From: Aplysia californica | Lineage: Eukaryota | DNA: 64,000 nt | Assembly: GCF_000002075.1 (NCBI RefSeq) | Contig: NW_004797316.1 | Coordinates: forward strand, 742,509 to 806,508 | Direction of reading: 5' to 3' | Position numbers and translations under genes: made by a program | In this document: piece after piece, positions 12,646 through 27,500 of the stretch | Layout: each line of letters begins with the position of its first letter | Numbering within the stretch: the first letter of the stretch is position 1 | Notes under the pieces: generated by a model | The model's input: the letters and a program-made list of their open reading frames with translations, nothing else | The model's database searches: none | What the model was told of the DNA's origin: nothing

Positions 12646-15600
12646 GGGGTCTAGCTACCTGGAAAAGCTATCTTCGTTATTTATGCATCTTTTGAAAACA
12701 AACTTTCCCAAAATTTGTGGTGCCCTCCCAGAAATAAATCAAAATGTTTAAAAATAATTTAATCCAAAGTGTCATGTAACACCGACGGCCATACTGAGAT
12801 TATACAATACTTAGAAAAATCTAAAAATTTTGAATAGGCTACCTAAAGGCATAATGTTAATTTTGCAATAAATATCAAGTTAATAATATTAATAGTTATA
12901 GGTACCTGGCTTTGTTCTTTTTTGTATAGCCTACTTCCAATATTCTGGAGTTTTTGGGGATATCAAAGTAATGTCCCTTTTTTGTACCAATTTTATATTC
13001 AGATTTCTGAAATATTATGTTATTAAGTACATTTTCTCAAATCCTGTCCCTGTAACTACCAAATCTGCACATACTTGGAAAGTTTCAGTACATTATCTTG
13101 ATTAGTAGCTCAGATTTTAAGATTTTAGCGATGAAGGGTCTTTCAAAAATAAAGTTTTGAGAAAAACGCATTAAAAATGTCACTGTGTAATTTGAGTTTG
13201 AGGGTTTGTTCCTTCTAGAGGCTCCAGTACCATGCACTATTATTTCTAGTCACATATAAAATCTCATTTTAGCACGGTTACAAATAACGTCATTTATACA
13301 TATAAGTTTAGTGAACCAAGTAGACAAAAATATAACAAAAAATGAGGAAAAGTGACCAAGCAGTTGTTTTTGCAAAAGGGGGGTGAGATCGCTGGAAACA
13401 TATATTTTCACCTATTTTGTCAATTTTTTTTACCCAAATGGACCAGAAAATCTGATTTAGAAAAGAAAAACTGCTTTCTAGAAAATCAATAACATCGAAA
13501 ATTGACCAAAAACGTTACCTTAAGCCAAAAAAGTATAGATTTTCTAAATCTAGTCTAATAGGCCTAGTTTGTTATTTTATCCGATTTGCAAAAATTGTGT
13601 CCCCCGGCCAATTCGCTGTGCTGCAAGTGCATTCACTAAGAGTAAAGTGCTTAACGTGGAGGGCGGGGGGCTGGGGTGTGATCAAAGGCAGATTATGCAG
13701 TGCTGCATTGGGCCATATGGTGTATGACTATGAGTATGAATTGTTTGGGTGCAAGTTTGAATGTTAATATATATGGATAGGACAAAAAAGCCCAAATTTA
13801 CATCATATAATATTACATCTGAGAGTGAGTGGGATACTCATCGCAGCAGAATACAGAGATACTCGATAACAATTTTCTTCCCACTCAGGTCTCTTGAGTG
13901 CGATAGCAAAATGCCAACCACTAAACAACAGACGCCAGTAGTAATGGTAAGGAACGAGAAAAGATTACACAGGGTAGATGATGAGCTGTGCCTAATGTTG
14001 GTTACATCCCCATGAGCGTGTGTGATATAAGAGCAATTTTTGGGGACGCAATGCAATTCCCCCCCCTCCCAAATGACGTCACAGCCCTACATTGGGAATG
14101 TTTGAAACTTAATTCCCCCCCCCATGTAATCGAATATAGTTTTTAAAATGATAGAAGAAGGGTATTAAAATTGGTAAATGATCATTCACATCTCTGAGCA
14201 TTGCGTGCATGTGTTAGTGTTCTTAATTTGAAGTAGGCCTACAGTGTCATTGTTATCCCTGCTCACCATGAGGAGATAGGAATAGGACTTTAAAGAGTGT
14301 ATATAATTATCATTTGATGTTGGATATCGAACGATTAAAAAAAAAAAATGGGACAAAAATCAGTGAGGGCTGAGATAAAATATTTGTAATCAATGAATTA
14401 ATGGAGCATGTGTGTGTGTGTGCATTCTCTTAACACACAGTTCAATTGTAATTTCCTTCTCCGCAAATTCCTTTCACTTTCAGACTGCTCCAGTGTTGTA
14501 CTTTCAATACGTTTCTCTGTTGAACTGGCCAGCCTCCACGGCATTGGTTTTCACATTTTCAGTGAGTTTCCGAATGAAAAGGGAAATGTTCGGTGACGCA
14601 CCAAAGTGCTGTCATGCGCAGAGGTAAAAAAATGAGCAAGATTTTTTTCTGCGGACAGACGAAAGAGGACAAGCTATAAATTCAAAAGCATTACAAACTT
14701 GTTGATTGTTTGTCTGATCTCCACACACACAGCTCAGCACAGGTGTACACCAGACACAAGACATTAGTGATTGAACAGCCGCCCAAAACTTCATTCAAGT
14801 GTGTAGAGTACACACACAACAATCTGGACAACACAACGAGTGAGTTAGCCTAGAGCCCTTTCTTTCTGATCGCCAACGCTGAGCTGTCAAATTGCTTGCG
14901 TTAGAGAAAGAAACCTGATTCGATTTTTGATCAAGTAGTAGTAGTAAGGCCTGGTGAGGTCATGCTGAACAAAATCATCAGTAGGGAGGATAACAACAAG
15001 AAATAAACAGAACACCAAACTCATAGATCAGGCGTACTTTATTATTGATCTCCCTTGAATTTATTCTGACATCGTAGTTTTCTGTATGGAAAATTTCAAA
15101 ATTCTGTGCACAATATTGTACTCTCAAAATGACCAAATTCTGCAAGGATAGCGACCATGTCTAAACTTCTTTTTCCATACTGCTTTCAAAATATAAGTAC
15201 TAATTAATCATAAGCTGAGAAGTAGCACTGCAGACACTGTAAATAAAATAAAAAATCCAGCAATTAGCAGCATACAATCTGTATTTTTGTTTAGAAAGAT
15301 AAGCTCATAACATAAAATACTACCAAATCAAAAGTGTGAACCAAAAAAAGAGACACCATTGTATACCAGTAATTTCAAAATCAGGTGAGCTGGCTGTTTG
15401 AGCTGTCATTGATTGTCAGGAGGCGTTGAACTTGAAGATAAAAAAGACAGTTATGTTGTTTGAGAAAAATGAAGTCCTAGGAAGATGGGCAGAATATGTA
15501 GGAAAATTATTTGAAGATAAAAGACCACCCCTACCACAACCAAGCAACAATTATAATGGTCCCAACATTCTAAAGTCAGAGGTAGAGCTCGCAATTAGAA

Positions 15601-16836
15601 TTAGAAACACCCCACAAGGAAAAGCTCCGGGTGAAGATGACATAAACACAGAAATGCCCATCCACCATCCATTTACAGAGGTGGTCAAGTACCATATTAC
15701 ATATGTACTAACAGAACAGTTTTCCGCCACACGTGTACTTTTGGTAAACTGAAGCTGACATTCAGCGGCATTTGTTTTCAACGCATTCTTTCCTTTAAAA
15801 AAAGCATCCCCTCTCGCCTGTGCTCCAATATAATAGCCGCTAATAGCGCATGCACAATAGAATCTATGGAAGGTGGTGCTACTGACTGAAGTGTTTTTAG
15901 GTCATTCCCAAAGGAGGGATATTAACATTTTTTTCTTAAGAACAGTAGAATTGTAAAGTAAATCGGCTGTATTAATGTCATGCTCATACTGTGCCGGAAT
16001 AACATAGGGAATAGGGGGAACTGCTGCTTTTCCTTTCCTCATCCTTACTATCGTCATTTTCCTCTACTTCTTTAGTGTGTTTGTCACTCTCTTGTGAACT
16101 GTTTTTTCCGGGGTGCCTTGATAGTCGAAGCAGTCTTTGCACTGTTGAGGCTAGAGAGGTGAGAAGAGTAAGCCCGATTCCCTGTTTAAATAACTCTCTG
16201 TTGACATCCCCCCCATGGCGCTCATAAGACCTATGCAGTTGCGAGCGTAAATCTTACTAAAACAAACAAGAATCTAGATCTAGATCAATTTTATTGTTTT
16301 TAAAAAAGAGCGCTCTAATTTCCAGCTTCCGGTGAGAGGGAGATCACTCTAACGTTGTCAGCTCGCTTCAGTTTAACTTTTTCTCTCGCAATTCTACGTC
16401 TGAAAGCACAGAATAATAATGCCGTAAAATTTTTCAAAATTCTGCAAAAAATCAAAATTCCGCGGCGAGCGCTGTTGATTCAGTTTTTCACGCCCGCGGA
16501 AAACTATGATATCAATTTATTAATGGATCCCTTATTATGACGGGAATCCTGCTATAACGGAATTTCGCGCCAGTTCCCTCCTTCTCGTTATAACAGGATT
16601 CCACTGTATTACTAATAACTTGATATCATATAATCAAGATTATGCCTTTTGGTTTTCAAAATTTTAAGATTTTCTTAAGTATTGTATAATTTCAATATGG
16701 CCGCCGATGTGACATAACATTTTGGGTTAAATTGTTTTTAAACATTTTGATTTATTTCTAGGAGGGTACATATTTTGGGAAATTTTGGTTAAAAAAAAAT
16801 GCATTATGGAGATAGCTTTTCTTGGTAGCAGACCCC
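12646..16836. mobile_element. TTAA-flanked region with ~240-bp diverged inverted termini (Kolobok-like)
   Basis: ttaa|ggggtctagctacc...ggtagcagacccc|ttaa; 12646-12892 is the diverged reverse complement of 16607-16836. Confidence 0.65.
15440..15660 (+). mobile_element. RTE-clade LINE fragment (region between EN and RT)
   Basis: EVLGRWAEYVGKLF...ILKSEVELAI...GKAPGEDDINTEM. Confidence 0.8.
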
Positions 16837-16981
16837 TTAAACTGACCTTGCAAACCCTGATCTGTGACGTGCTCTAATAAATTTAATGGTTTTACTCACG
16901 ATGGAGAACATAGATCTAATGGTCTTTGTGGTATTCCTTCAAAATCATCATCCTTGTAACTTTGATCTCCAGAAAATAATC

Positions 16982-17934
16982 TAGTATAACCCGGATAGGT
17001 CAAACACAGATTACTCGAAATCACGCATCCGTCGAACTGTGCCTGCGGCCCCGTTTTTTTTCTTCTTTATCTTTGTAATGTAAGAAAATTCCACGAAGCT
17101 CGAACACAAACACGGAACAGTCGAACTAATTACACTGCCGTAGATGTGTTAAGTCCATGTCCTTTGAGGTGCACATGAGACAAAATTATCATAATTTTTA
17201 AAAGACGGAAAAAGGCAAGGTCCTCAAAAAACCACCTCCCCCTTCTTTCCACAAAAGTAGCCAGCTGTGCTTCTTTTAGCGCGCTGCTCGACGCGCATGC
17301 CCTCTGCACGTGCCTAGGTCCTAGGCCTAGCTAGGCTTATGTGGAGTGGGTGAGAGAAAAGGTTGTGCATCATCGATCAGCCGCCCCACCCCTCTTTTCA
17401 AAGGACTGTGCCCTTGTAGGAGAGACAGGAAATGGCTGCAGTTTTGTCATTGCGTTGTTGATTACTGTTGTGATATATGTTTATCTTGTCAAATTGTTTG
17501 CTTTGACAAATTTGAAAAGGCACCATTTGATTGGTGCAGACTAAAGACCGCTCACACTGACTCGCGCACATAAACTGTCATGGTAGCGGTAGGTACAATA
17601 TCGATCGAACTCGAAAGCATTGCTCATTGTGTTTCTCATTCTCAACTTGCCAATTTGAAATTTCAAATTCAAGTCAATAGGCATAGATCTAGATCTAACC
17701 TATCTTATCCAGGACAATGGTTGGACAGAAGGGCGAAAGCCCAGCTGTTGTTGGATTGATAACAACAACAACAACAATCCAGGACAATGGCCAAAATAAG
17801 AAAAATCTCTGTTCTGACCCAATCTTTATTGCTTCCCTTGATTCTTTAACACAGCCCATACCACAACACTGTTCACGTATCCCTTGAACTACGGAGGCCG
17901 GTCCGGACGAATTCGAGCTATCCGCGTTATACTG
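16982..17934. mobile_element. Tigger-like MITE
   Basis: TIR tagtataacccggatagg / gctatccgcgttatactg followed by TA. Confidence 0.65.
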
Positions 17935-18195
17935 TATATATTATAAAATTGTGAAAGTTTGTCACTTTAGTCGGCTAAAAATTCCGAACCACTTAACTTT
18001 CGAATTTGAAAAAAAACCTCATGTTTGCAATAACGAACACTTGGATTCAACAAAACTGAAGGTCAGGCACGCCAACTTTGTTGAATTCAAGTTCCACTGT
18101 ACTGTACTTGTTGTCCACCCCCAACATATTTGAGATATCCATGCTTGACTTTACGTACAATTTAAAATGCAGAAAATGAAAATACAGACAAATAG

Positions 18196-18201
18196 TTTAT
18201 T
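18196..18201 (-). promoter_or_regulatory. Polyadenylation signal AATAAA of RSL1D1
   Basis: tttatt on the + strand, 57 nt downstream of the stop codon. Confidence 0.6.
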
Positions 18202-18258
18202 ATAATTCATCAAGTATGAGGGTACATTGACATAATATCCAAATAGTGACAACAAAAT

Positions 18259-18524
18259 TTAGGACTGTTTCCTGCCTTTTGCCTTTCTTTTCACAGACTT
18301 GGCTTTAGCACCAGCAGTCTTTGCACTTTGCTTTCCCACAGCCTTCCCTTTCCTGAAGCGCCCCCTCTTCTGTGGCTGGCCCTCAGAATCTCTATCTTTG
18401 ATAACTTCAACATCTCCACTTGGGTAAACTTTGACCTTGGCCCCAAGCAAAGTTGAGATTTCTTCAGCCTCCACAACTTCTTTGTCAGCGTTCTCCTTGG
18501 GAATAGTGACCTCTTGAGGTCCGC
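18259..18524 (-). CDS. RSL1D1: RSL1D1 last coding exon (GPQEVTIPK...KAKGRKQS*)
   Basis: atgtttccag| acceptor in phase 1; basic Lys/Arg-rich tail (nucleolar-type); AATAAA about 60 nt after the stop. Confidence 0.88.
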
Positions 18525-21500
18525 CTGGAAACATAAATGACATTTTTTTTAAATTTTCACTCAAACACTTAAGGGCTATGTAAGTACAAAGCTGGAAGCA
18601 ATGACTAGCAATTCTGATGAGACTGGGCAACATGTAGGGATAAGTATTGCTGTCTTTAAGTATTCCTGAGATTTTGGATTTGTTTTTATCACACTGGCAT
18701 CACTTTCAACTTTTACTCAATGCAGGGTAGCAGCTTGTTGTTACTAGGAACATAAAACAAAGGTTTAACACTACAAACTTTCTGTCTGCATACTACTATA
18801 ACAGGAGTTAGCCAAACCTGTTCCTCTGTGTGTTGTGATCCTTTCCACAGCTTTGGGGCCCCGATGCGTTGGAATCTCACACTTCACACACAAATGAACC
18901 GAGGCTTTAACTAGCCTTTTTCCCCACCTATACTCTCAGCAGGCCTCCTCTGCCTTGATACATTTCTCTCCGAGAGGTCTAAAAGTCCCACCAGTAGTAG
19001 CTCAGACTGCTTTTATAAACTTGCAAACAATACAACTGAACACAGACTCACACTTAACTCACTCTCACACTTTCAGCTAAACAATACAATAGGCTAGGCC
19101 TAACCCCCCTGCCACAACCAAAAACAACCAAATAGACCACACAGCTTACGTATCATAACTCAGAGTGTTGGTGAAAATTCTTTTTTGGCATATTCCAATG
19201 CACTGGCAAGGGGCGCATGCTTTGTGAAAATCTGAGAGGTGTGCGACGACTATTTTATGAAAATACATGTTAAATTGAAAGTCAATTTTTATTGTTAATG
19301 GATATAGTAGTAAAAAATGAGTTGTGCTGCTACCCTGTGATTATATGATAATAACTGAGTACAATTTTTGTTTCTTTCCATTGTTATTAAACCCCCCCCC
19401 CCCCCCCCACCCTTTCCTCAAAGAGAAGGAATTTAACATGAACAAAATATAACTATGTACAAAATTATATATTTTAAAAATTGTCCACAAGAGCAACCAC
19501 ACACATGCTAAAAATGTCAAATAAACAGCAAAACATAGATTAACCCCTTTGTTGCTCTATGATGCACCTGGTATGTCACGAAAAATGTTAATAATTAGCT
19601 TTGAGCTTACCATGAACATCACAGAAGTTGGCCAAACTTACCCTTCCAGGTTGCCAGTACTATAAGATGTTACAAATTATAAAGATGTAAAAACCAGTCA
19701 CAATTTGCAGAGTATGGCTAAACCTGGGCAAATCACAGAATGGACTTGCTAGACCAATAACACCTTCGTTGTAGTGTTGACTGCTACAAATCTAACCGGG
19801 TTATTTCTGCGCTCACAACACCAATTTTTGCCACTTGGGCAAGTTAACTGGAGGAGCTACCCATGAGGACCATTTTCTATGTTTGTTGCCCAAGATCAAA
19901 TCTAAGTACACATATAATATAAGTTAGACATAGTAAAATCTCTTGATACGCAATTTTTTTGGGCATAGCTACAGCGGTTGCTATGGAAACGGCCGCCTTC
20001 TTGAAAATAAACAATGAATTTCAAATCCCTAAGGCTTTTTTATTTACAGACCAAATTTGACCAAATTTGGTGAGAGTATACCTGAACCAGACATTATCAG
20101 AGTAACAGCAAGTTTTTTTCAATCAGTGCAAAAGAAAAAAAAAAAGAAGAGAATTTTCCCAAGTATAAAAAACCTTTTTCTAAATTTAGGTTGCGTAATC
20201 GCTTGGGATGGAAAAGTATTATTTTTTTTCTCGCAAATATCTCTCTGTTACATTGATGGCAGCCTTGCCATCTATGTTTCCTGAAAAAAAAAATTTCATC
20301 TCAAAAGGATGAAAACTAAAGAAGGAGTAGGGAAAAAACTGCAAAAAAATTACATTTTTCGAAAACCGACAACAATTGTGAAAATTCACTATATTTATCC
20401 ATCCTCATGTTATTAAAGGCAATTTACCTGGAGAATAAAGTCTTTCTCAACTGTATCCATGCTATTTTTAGACAAAAAAAACTAGTTGATCTTCAAAAAT
20501 CAGCCAACATAAAATGTGCAGGGCCTGACCCAAAATCTGCAAAATCAAGGGTCGCTCCTCCCCTTAAGACAGACTAGCAACGCAATCAAAAGCAAAAAGC
20601 GATACACTGTGGACTGGGCAAATGACAGCTGTTTCAGATTTTTTTTGTGTAGTCAGCAATTTTGCTCCAAATTGGGAAATTTGTCATGAAAAGTGGGAAT
20701 TCTGGCATATGCTGGAAAAACTTTCACCTAGGGTGGCATGTGACTAATAAAAAATTATTGAAAACCAACAAAATTCCTAACCCTTTCTAATCAAAGATCA
20801 GACTCAGAGACTCACCTGCTGCCAGGTAGATGGGAATGCTGGTTGACAGGGGCGTCTTTACACTCAGCTGTTTTATGTTGTTCCAGCCACCAGGCACTGC
20901 CTGAGACAGTTGGCCAACTGAAGAAATCACATTGTCTGTCACCTCAGCCTTGCCCATCTCGAGATTTGCCACAATTGCCAAACTGGGAATCAAAATTATG
21001 TTTCTGAATTTCTGCACAATCGAGGCAGACAACACATGTCATGTATAATGGTTTGGGAAAAGGAAAGAAGCAGGACCTATCCAGTGATCATTGTGGCATC
21101 ATAACCGTATTATCTTATACTATCTCGTGTCTCCAAGAACCCACAATAGTCTAAACACTACTTTATAGAAAACAAGTGACTGAGTCAATAGTACTGCACA
21201 AGGCTTCCTACTCACTTACATGATGGTATGAAATATGTTTACTAGTTAGGTAACGTAAACGTTTATTAAAAAACATTAGACCCCCCCCCCCCCCCCAAAA
21301 CAACAGGAGAAAAACTTCATCAATCCTGTCTGACATTCTGCATCTGAACCACATTTCCTGAACACTCAATAAACAGAAGTAAACATATTCTTTGATTATT
21401 TGCTTAACATACATACGTATAAGAGAACTAAAAATATTCTACGATCTTAGTGATACGTGATGGGTATATTTTTTTCAGAAAGCATTGTAGGCAGCAATGG

Positions 21501-24500
21501 TCCTGGCTATTATGCAAGCTGGTGTGTAAGTTAAAAACTATTTTCTTCTTCTTTTCAACACTGGGTACTTACTTCAATTAATTTAAGGCTTTGACATTTG
21601 GTAAAAATTAGCTACATATGTTGTTATAAGCAGAAGACCACTTGGAAATTTATAATCCATCCCATGCAAACCAGTGGCCACACTCATCCATACAATTTAT
21701 TAAATTATTTTTTTTAATTTAGGTGTTTTTCATTTTTAGACCTAACGCCTTGGCTACCAGTCAAATCTAGATCTACAAAATCAACTGAAACCGATTTAAG
21801 ATTACTCTCTTGGTAATCTTCATCTTACTCCGAAAATCTCAAATAACTTAAAGCATGTAAGTTGCACGGAACAGTTTATTTCAGAAACAACTAGTCCAGG
21901 AATTTCCATTTTCTGGCCGACCCCATTTGCTGCTGAAAAATCTCAAAATTATGAGGAAATAAACCCAAAACAACACAAGCCTTATCAGCCCAGGCATGTT
22001 TGATAACCTTATAATAAAATTTACAAGCCTGGGTTTTCTAACTGGTTGATGTTTACTGATTGTCCCTTACCCGTAAATCAAAGCATTGTATCAGAACACC
22101 GGTAAATCTACACTACAATGCAAAGGAGAATGAAAGTCCCCCCCGACATGTCAGTATAAAAGGCTCAAAGTATTAATAGACCTGCATGTGAGCCTCAACC
22201 AGATTGTCTGAAAATTTTGCACAACCACCCCACCTCCCCCCCCCCCAAAAAAAAGCCTCTTTGTGGGTGTCATAAGGAAGAACATCCGAGTAACGAGCGA
22301 CCACCCAAACAAACACAATAAAGAAGAGACCTACCCCTAACCCTACCCCCAAAAAAACCCTGCAACGGGCCTCATGTAAAAAGGCCAAAACAAGTCCTAA
22401 ATGAAAAAAAAAATTTTAATTAAAAAACCACACTCCAAAACAAACAAGGAGCATATATAGATCTAGATCTATATATATGGCTTACATCTACATTGCTATA
22501 GGGTTTGATACAATAACACAATAGAATTGGAATATATAATATGAATCCTTCATATATATATCTAGATCTAGAAATCTAGTAATCTAAATAAATCTAGATC
22601 TAGATCTTGTAGAACAAGTGAATAGGAATAGGCCTTGAACTAGAAATCCGCATCCGATTCCGAACAGAGGGACTCAGCTGAGTCTAGATTCTAGATCTAG
22701 ATCTAGATTCTAGATCTTTACTACTTTACTAAATAAATAAACAATTCACGCACCTGATGAAATGCTTATTTTTACCAATATAAAGATTACAGCACAACCT
22801 ATGATAGGGTTTGACACAATAGAATTGGAATATGAATCCTCCATTGAGGTCTATAATGATCTATATAAATCTAGATTTAGATTCTATTAGAACAAGAGAG
22901 TCGGACTTGAATGAATCCACACGATCTGAATTAGTCAACAAACGAAATTCAAAATGGCCCCTCGAGCACGAAACTGAAAGTAGATAATTTAAGTTGTCGT
23001 CCTTTTTCGTATTCGCATTTCTACTTAGGTTCCGACAATTATGTCGGAAACGCCGACATCGGCAGTCGGCGGTGCGCGCGTCGGCGGTCGGCACGAAAAC
23101 GAAAGTGCCGACGGGAGAAAAATGGGTCACTGGCAGTCGGCCAAGCCTCGCACTACGCACATTGACTGATACAGGCAGGCCTAGCGATAGCATCAGCCGG
23201 TTCGCGGGTCGGGTCGCGATTGTCGGATTTCAGACGATTGTCGGCAAACATGCAGGTCTATGTTAAGTTAAAAGATATCACAAGAACATACTAACCTCGA
23301 AGCTCCTCGATTACTAATGACGCATCTACTGTTGTCAAGAGCAGCGTCTATTTCCTCTTTCAGTCTCTTTGCTTGTAGATTCACTTGAATTGGCGTCCTT
23401 ATCAAAAGGAGACAAAATAGCAATAAATTTATTGTATAATCTTTCAAGGGATTCAACATTGAGCACATCAAATCCCATTTTCAACAAAACCAATACTGAG
23501 GGCTCACGGTTTCAACCCAACCTTAGTAAGTTCTTAGTACTTCTTTCATTTAATTCGAGTTCTACAGTACCATTACCTCCATAATAATATGCCCCCCAAA
23601 AAGTTACAAACGCCAGATTCTATCATATTGTGACACACTAATATATATTTGGAGCTTTTGGGCAAAATTTTAAAAAATTATATCTTTAAAATATCCCCCA
23701 CCCCCAATCAAAATTTCTTTCTGTTAGCCATAACAATTTGCGGGTCACTGTTTATAGTTCATTGAACTGTGACAATTTTAATACTTTAAGCTGTCATCCT
23801 GGGCTAGTAAACTTAAAGAAAAAGAGCGGATCTGGGAAAGGAGTGAGCACGTGACAAATTTTGTAAACAACGAAAATGAATCAAGGTCAAGATGAAAAGC
23901 CATGAAAAGGGAGGATATCAAGACTTCTTAAAATTCTAGATTAAAGATAAAACAGAACTCTACAGTGCTATATTATCAATTTTCTCTTTTCGAGTGGCCA
24001 TAATAACCAAGCAGAAAAATAAAAAGACCAGATTCTGCTGAACAAAATCAAATTAAACCAAAAAAAAAGAAAAAATCATAGATGAATATTATTTGTGCAA
24101 TATTTTTTTGCTTTCAAATCCAAATGCTATATTTAAAAAAATCAAACTAAAAGTTTAATGTTACTTGCTCACAAAGACTTCTATATATACTCACTTCCTT
24201 TTCCCATAAAAATGCTTTCCTAAATATGTTGGTAGCAGCCTCACAACTCTGGCATCTGCCAGGAATACATCATAGGCATTTGACAGGTTTCTTTTGGCTT
24301 CATAAGGCTTGTATTCAGTCTTCAGAGATTTCAGGGGAATAATCTGAAAGGAAAAAGAAAAACCACCGAAATTAGACAATAGGAATGGTTTTCCATGACA
24401 AGTTGGAAAAGATCACGGTAAAAAAATGTTTGGCTCATATACATATATAACAAGAAACAGATAAAACTCTTTAGCACCGTCTAAACAGCCCATAAAGCAA

Positions 24501-27500
24501 AAATGGTACTTAACTTGTGCAGGAGAATTCTAAAATTCAAATTTGGGGAATTCTGTCAGCATTTTGAACAAAGAGATTATGCATAAAAAAAAAGACATTC
24601 TGGCATCACAACAACAAAAAAATGACACCTTATTGGTAGTCATTATATTTACTCACTGGAGAGCTAGATATGCATCATAAAAATAAAACAGGTTGCTGAA
24701 GGTTTTGGGGTAAGAAACTTGTCCAAGGGTGCCTGGTAAGATTTCTAGTTCATGTACATTTGACAGGAAGAGAACTTGGAGGAAGGGGCTTGTGATAGTC
24801 ATATATGACTTGAGGCAACTGAAAGTTAAAAAAAAGCTAACTTGCCCATCCATGATATTAAGTAATACCAAACCAGATCAGAACAAAGAGGGGTATATTG
24901 GATTATATGAAGCGAAGACTTCAAAAAGTGGCATATGATTGTTTGAAAATTCAGGAATACTATGATGTAAAAGAAAAACATGCCTCATATAAAGTTTTAA
25001 AATCTTCTGTACTTGGGATTACAGAATCTACAAACAACCACCCTGACAACTAAAAGAGAACACATATATACAGAGGAAGAATCAAGATGCCATAATGACT
25101 TGATACAAGCATAATAACATTTGAGTTTTCTGAAATAGGAGCTGAATTTTTAAATACAAGCAAGTTTCAGTTAAACATCCACTAGTTGGCGCAGAGAGTA
25201 CCAAGCTTAAAGAGTATTTACTCTGGCTCTACTTTTGCCTTGGTGAGGTGCCATGGAGGGACGCCGGGGAAAAGAAATTGTTGGATATCTCGTTCGGAAA
25301 AGAGTATGTTTTTGAGGTCCTCAAGGATTCTGAGGCCAAAGGGTTTGATAAGTCTTTCGTTGTTTTGGAATTTGTTTATGGTTTCTGAGTTTGTTTTAAA
25401 AATGCAGTTGTGTGCTGGGTTCTCTGGTGTTGAGCTCTGTTTAATTGCGTATTGTAGTGAGAGTTGTGAGCCTCTGAGTGCGAGTGATGGTATGTTTGCC
25501 TCGGCCAGGAGGCTGTCTACCGGAGAAGTGCGGAAAACCCCAGAGCGAGGCGGAGTACTTCGTTTTGCACTTTTAGGAGGTGTGGTTTTGCCGATCTGTA
25601 GACCTGACAGCCGTAGTCAAGCCTGGATCGGACAAGGGAGATGTACAAGTAGAGAAGGTGTTTTGAGTCCCCGCCCCACTCAGGATGCGATAGAATTTTC
25701 CCAGTGTTTCACGCTTTCTGGCACCTCACACGAAGGTCTTTGATGTGGGGTATGAATGTGAGTTTTTTGTCGAATATAACGCCGAGGAAACGAGCCTGGT
25801 CCAGGACGGGAATCCTTTCCCCATATAGTGTCAAATCCGGCTGCAGTACACATCTGCCTGTTCGGCAGAAGTGTACTGCAACCGTCTTTGACGGGGAAAA
25901 CTTGAAACCGCTATCGTTCGCCCACCTTTCGAGTTTGCGCAGCTGCGTTTGCAGCTGCCTTTCCATAGATCTTAGACGAGGATTTTTCGAACGGCAGCAT
26001 ATAAAAAAGTCGTCAACGTATGACGAGCCATCTACGCTGTTTTGGAGGGTTTTTACGATGGAATCTATTTTGATTTCAAATAGGAGAGGAGAAAGGATGC
26101 TCCTCAGGGGGACTCCTTCCTCCTGTTGTTGAGGGTCTGAAAGGGAGGATCCGACACGAACCTGGAAGGAACGGTTCTTCAGGAAATTGCCAATGAAGGC
26201 AGGGAGGTGACCGTGTATGCCGAGTGCATGCAGGTCTCTGAGAATGCCCTACTTCCAGGTTGTGTCGAAGGCTTTTTCTAGGTAAAAAAAGATAGCTATC
26301 ACGTGGCTTCCTTCGGCAAACGTCTCGCATATAAAGGTCTCCAGGCGGACCAGGTGATCCAGAGTGGATTGAGTTTTCCTGAATCCGCACTGGAGACCGC
26401 TCAGCAAGCCCGTCGCCTCCAGACACCACATGAGTCGCCTGTGGATCATTTTTTCTGTAAGTTTGCACAGACAGCTCGTTAGTGCAATTGGTCTGTAATT
26501 GCATGGGAGTGTGTGGTCTTTGTTTGGTTTGGGTAAAGGAATGACAGAGGCGAGACGCCAAGACTCCGGAAAGGAGTGCGACCGTCACATGTCGTATATG
26601 TCTAGTAGGAGTGTAAGTGTTTCTGTGGTTAAGTGGTCAAAGTAATGATCTGGTTGTGTATGTCATCAGGTCCTGGGGCTGTATTGCCCAGGTCCGAGAT
26701 GCACGATTTTAGTTCTTCTAATGGGAAGTCTCAGTTGTAGGGTTTCAGTGTTGTTTGAGTGGAAGTTTAGGTGTTGTTGTTCTCTAGTAGTTTTGATGTT
26801 TTGAAAGGTGGTGTTGTAGTTTGCTAGGGATAAGTTTTTGGCGAGAGATGTAGCTATTGTGTTTGCGATGTCTACCTGTGTTTCAGTTGTGGTTCCATCT
26901 GGCCTCTGGACATGCCGAATGGTGTCTGTGCGTCTACCGAAGAATTTTTTAGCGATTTTGAAAACTTGGTTGAGTGGTGTCAGGCTGTTGATTTTGGAGA
27001 TGTATTTTTTGAACGATTGAGGCATCTACGTGCCTCAGCTTGAGCCTTTAAATAATTAATCTTGTTTTCTGTTGACGGCCTTTCGATATGCTGCCTTCTT
27101 TTTCTTTACTGCATCATCACAGTCCTCAGAGAACCAGATCTTGTTCTTCCGCTTTTTTGTTTTTGGTATGTGTTTGTGGCATATTTTTAAAAGCTTTTCG
27201 TGGATTTTTTTGTAGTTGAGGTTGAAAGTGGGATTCAGAATCTGAGAACATTCAGCGGCAAACCCGTCCCAGTGTGATCTTTTGAAGTTGAAGCGTTCTG
27301 GGATCGGGTCGTTTTGGAGGCCATTGTTTTTTTTAAGAAGAATTGGGAAATGGTCCATACGGTCATCCAGCACAGACCACTCAAGATCTGGGACTAGGTC
27401 AGGGGTACAAAAGGCGAGGTCAAGGGATGATGTGCTAAAAGTGGCTCTGTTTCTGTAAGTTGGGGACCTATCAGATGTTATTTTGAAATAGAAAATCTTC

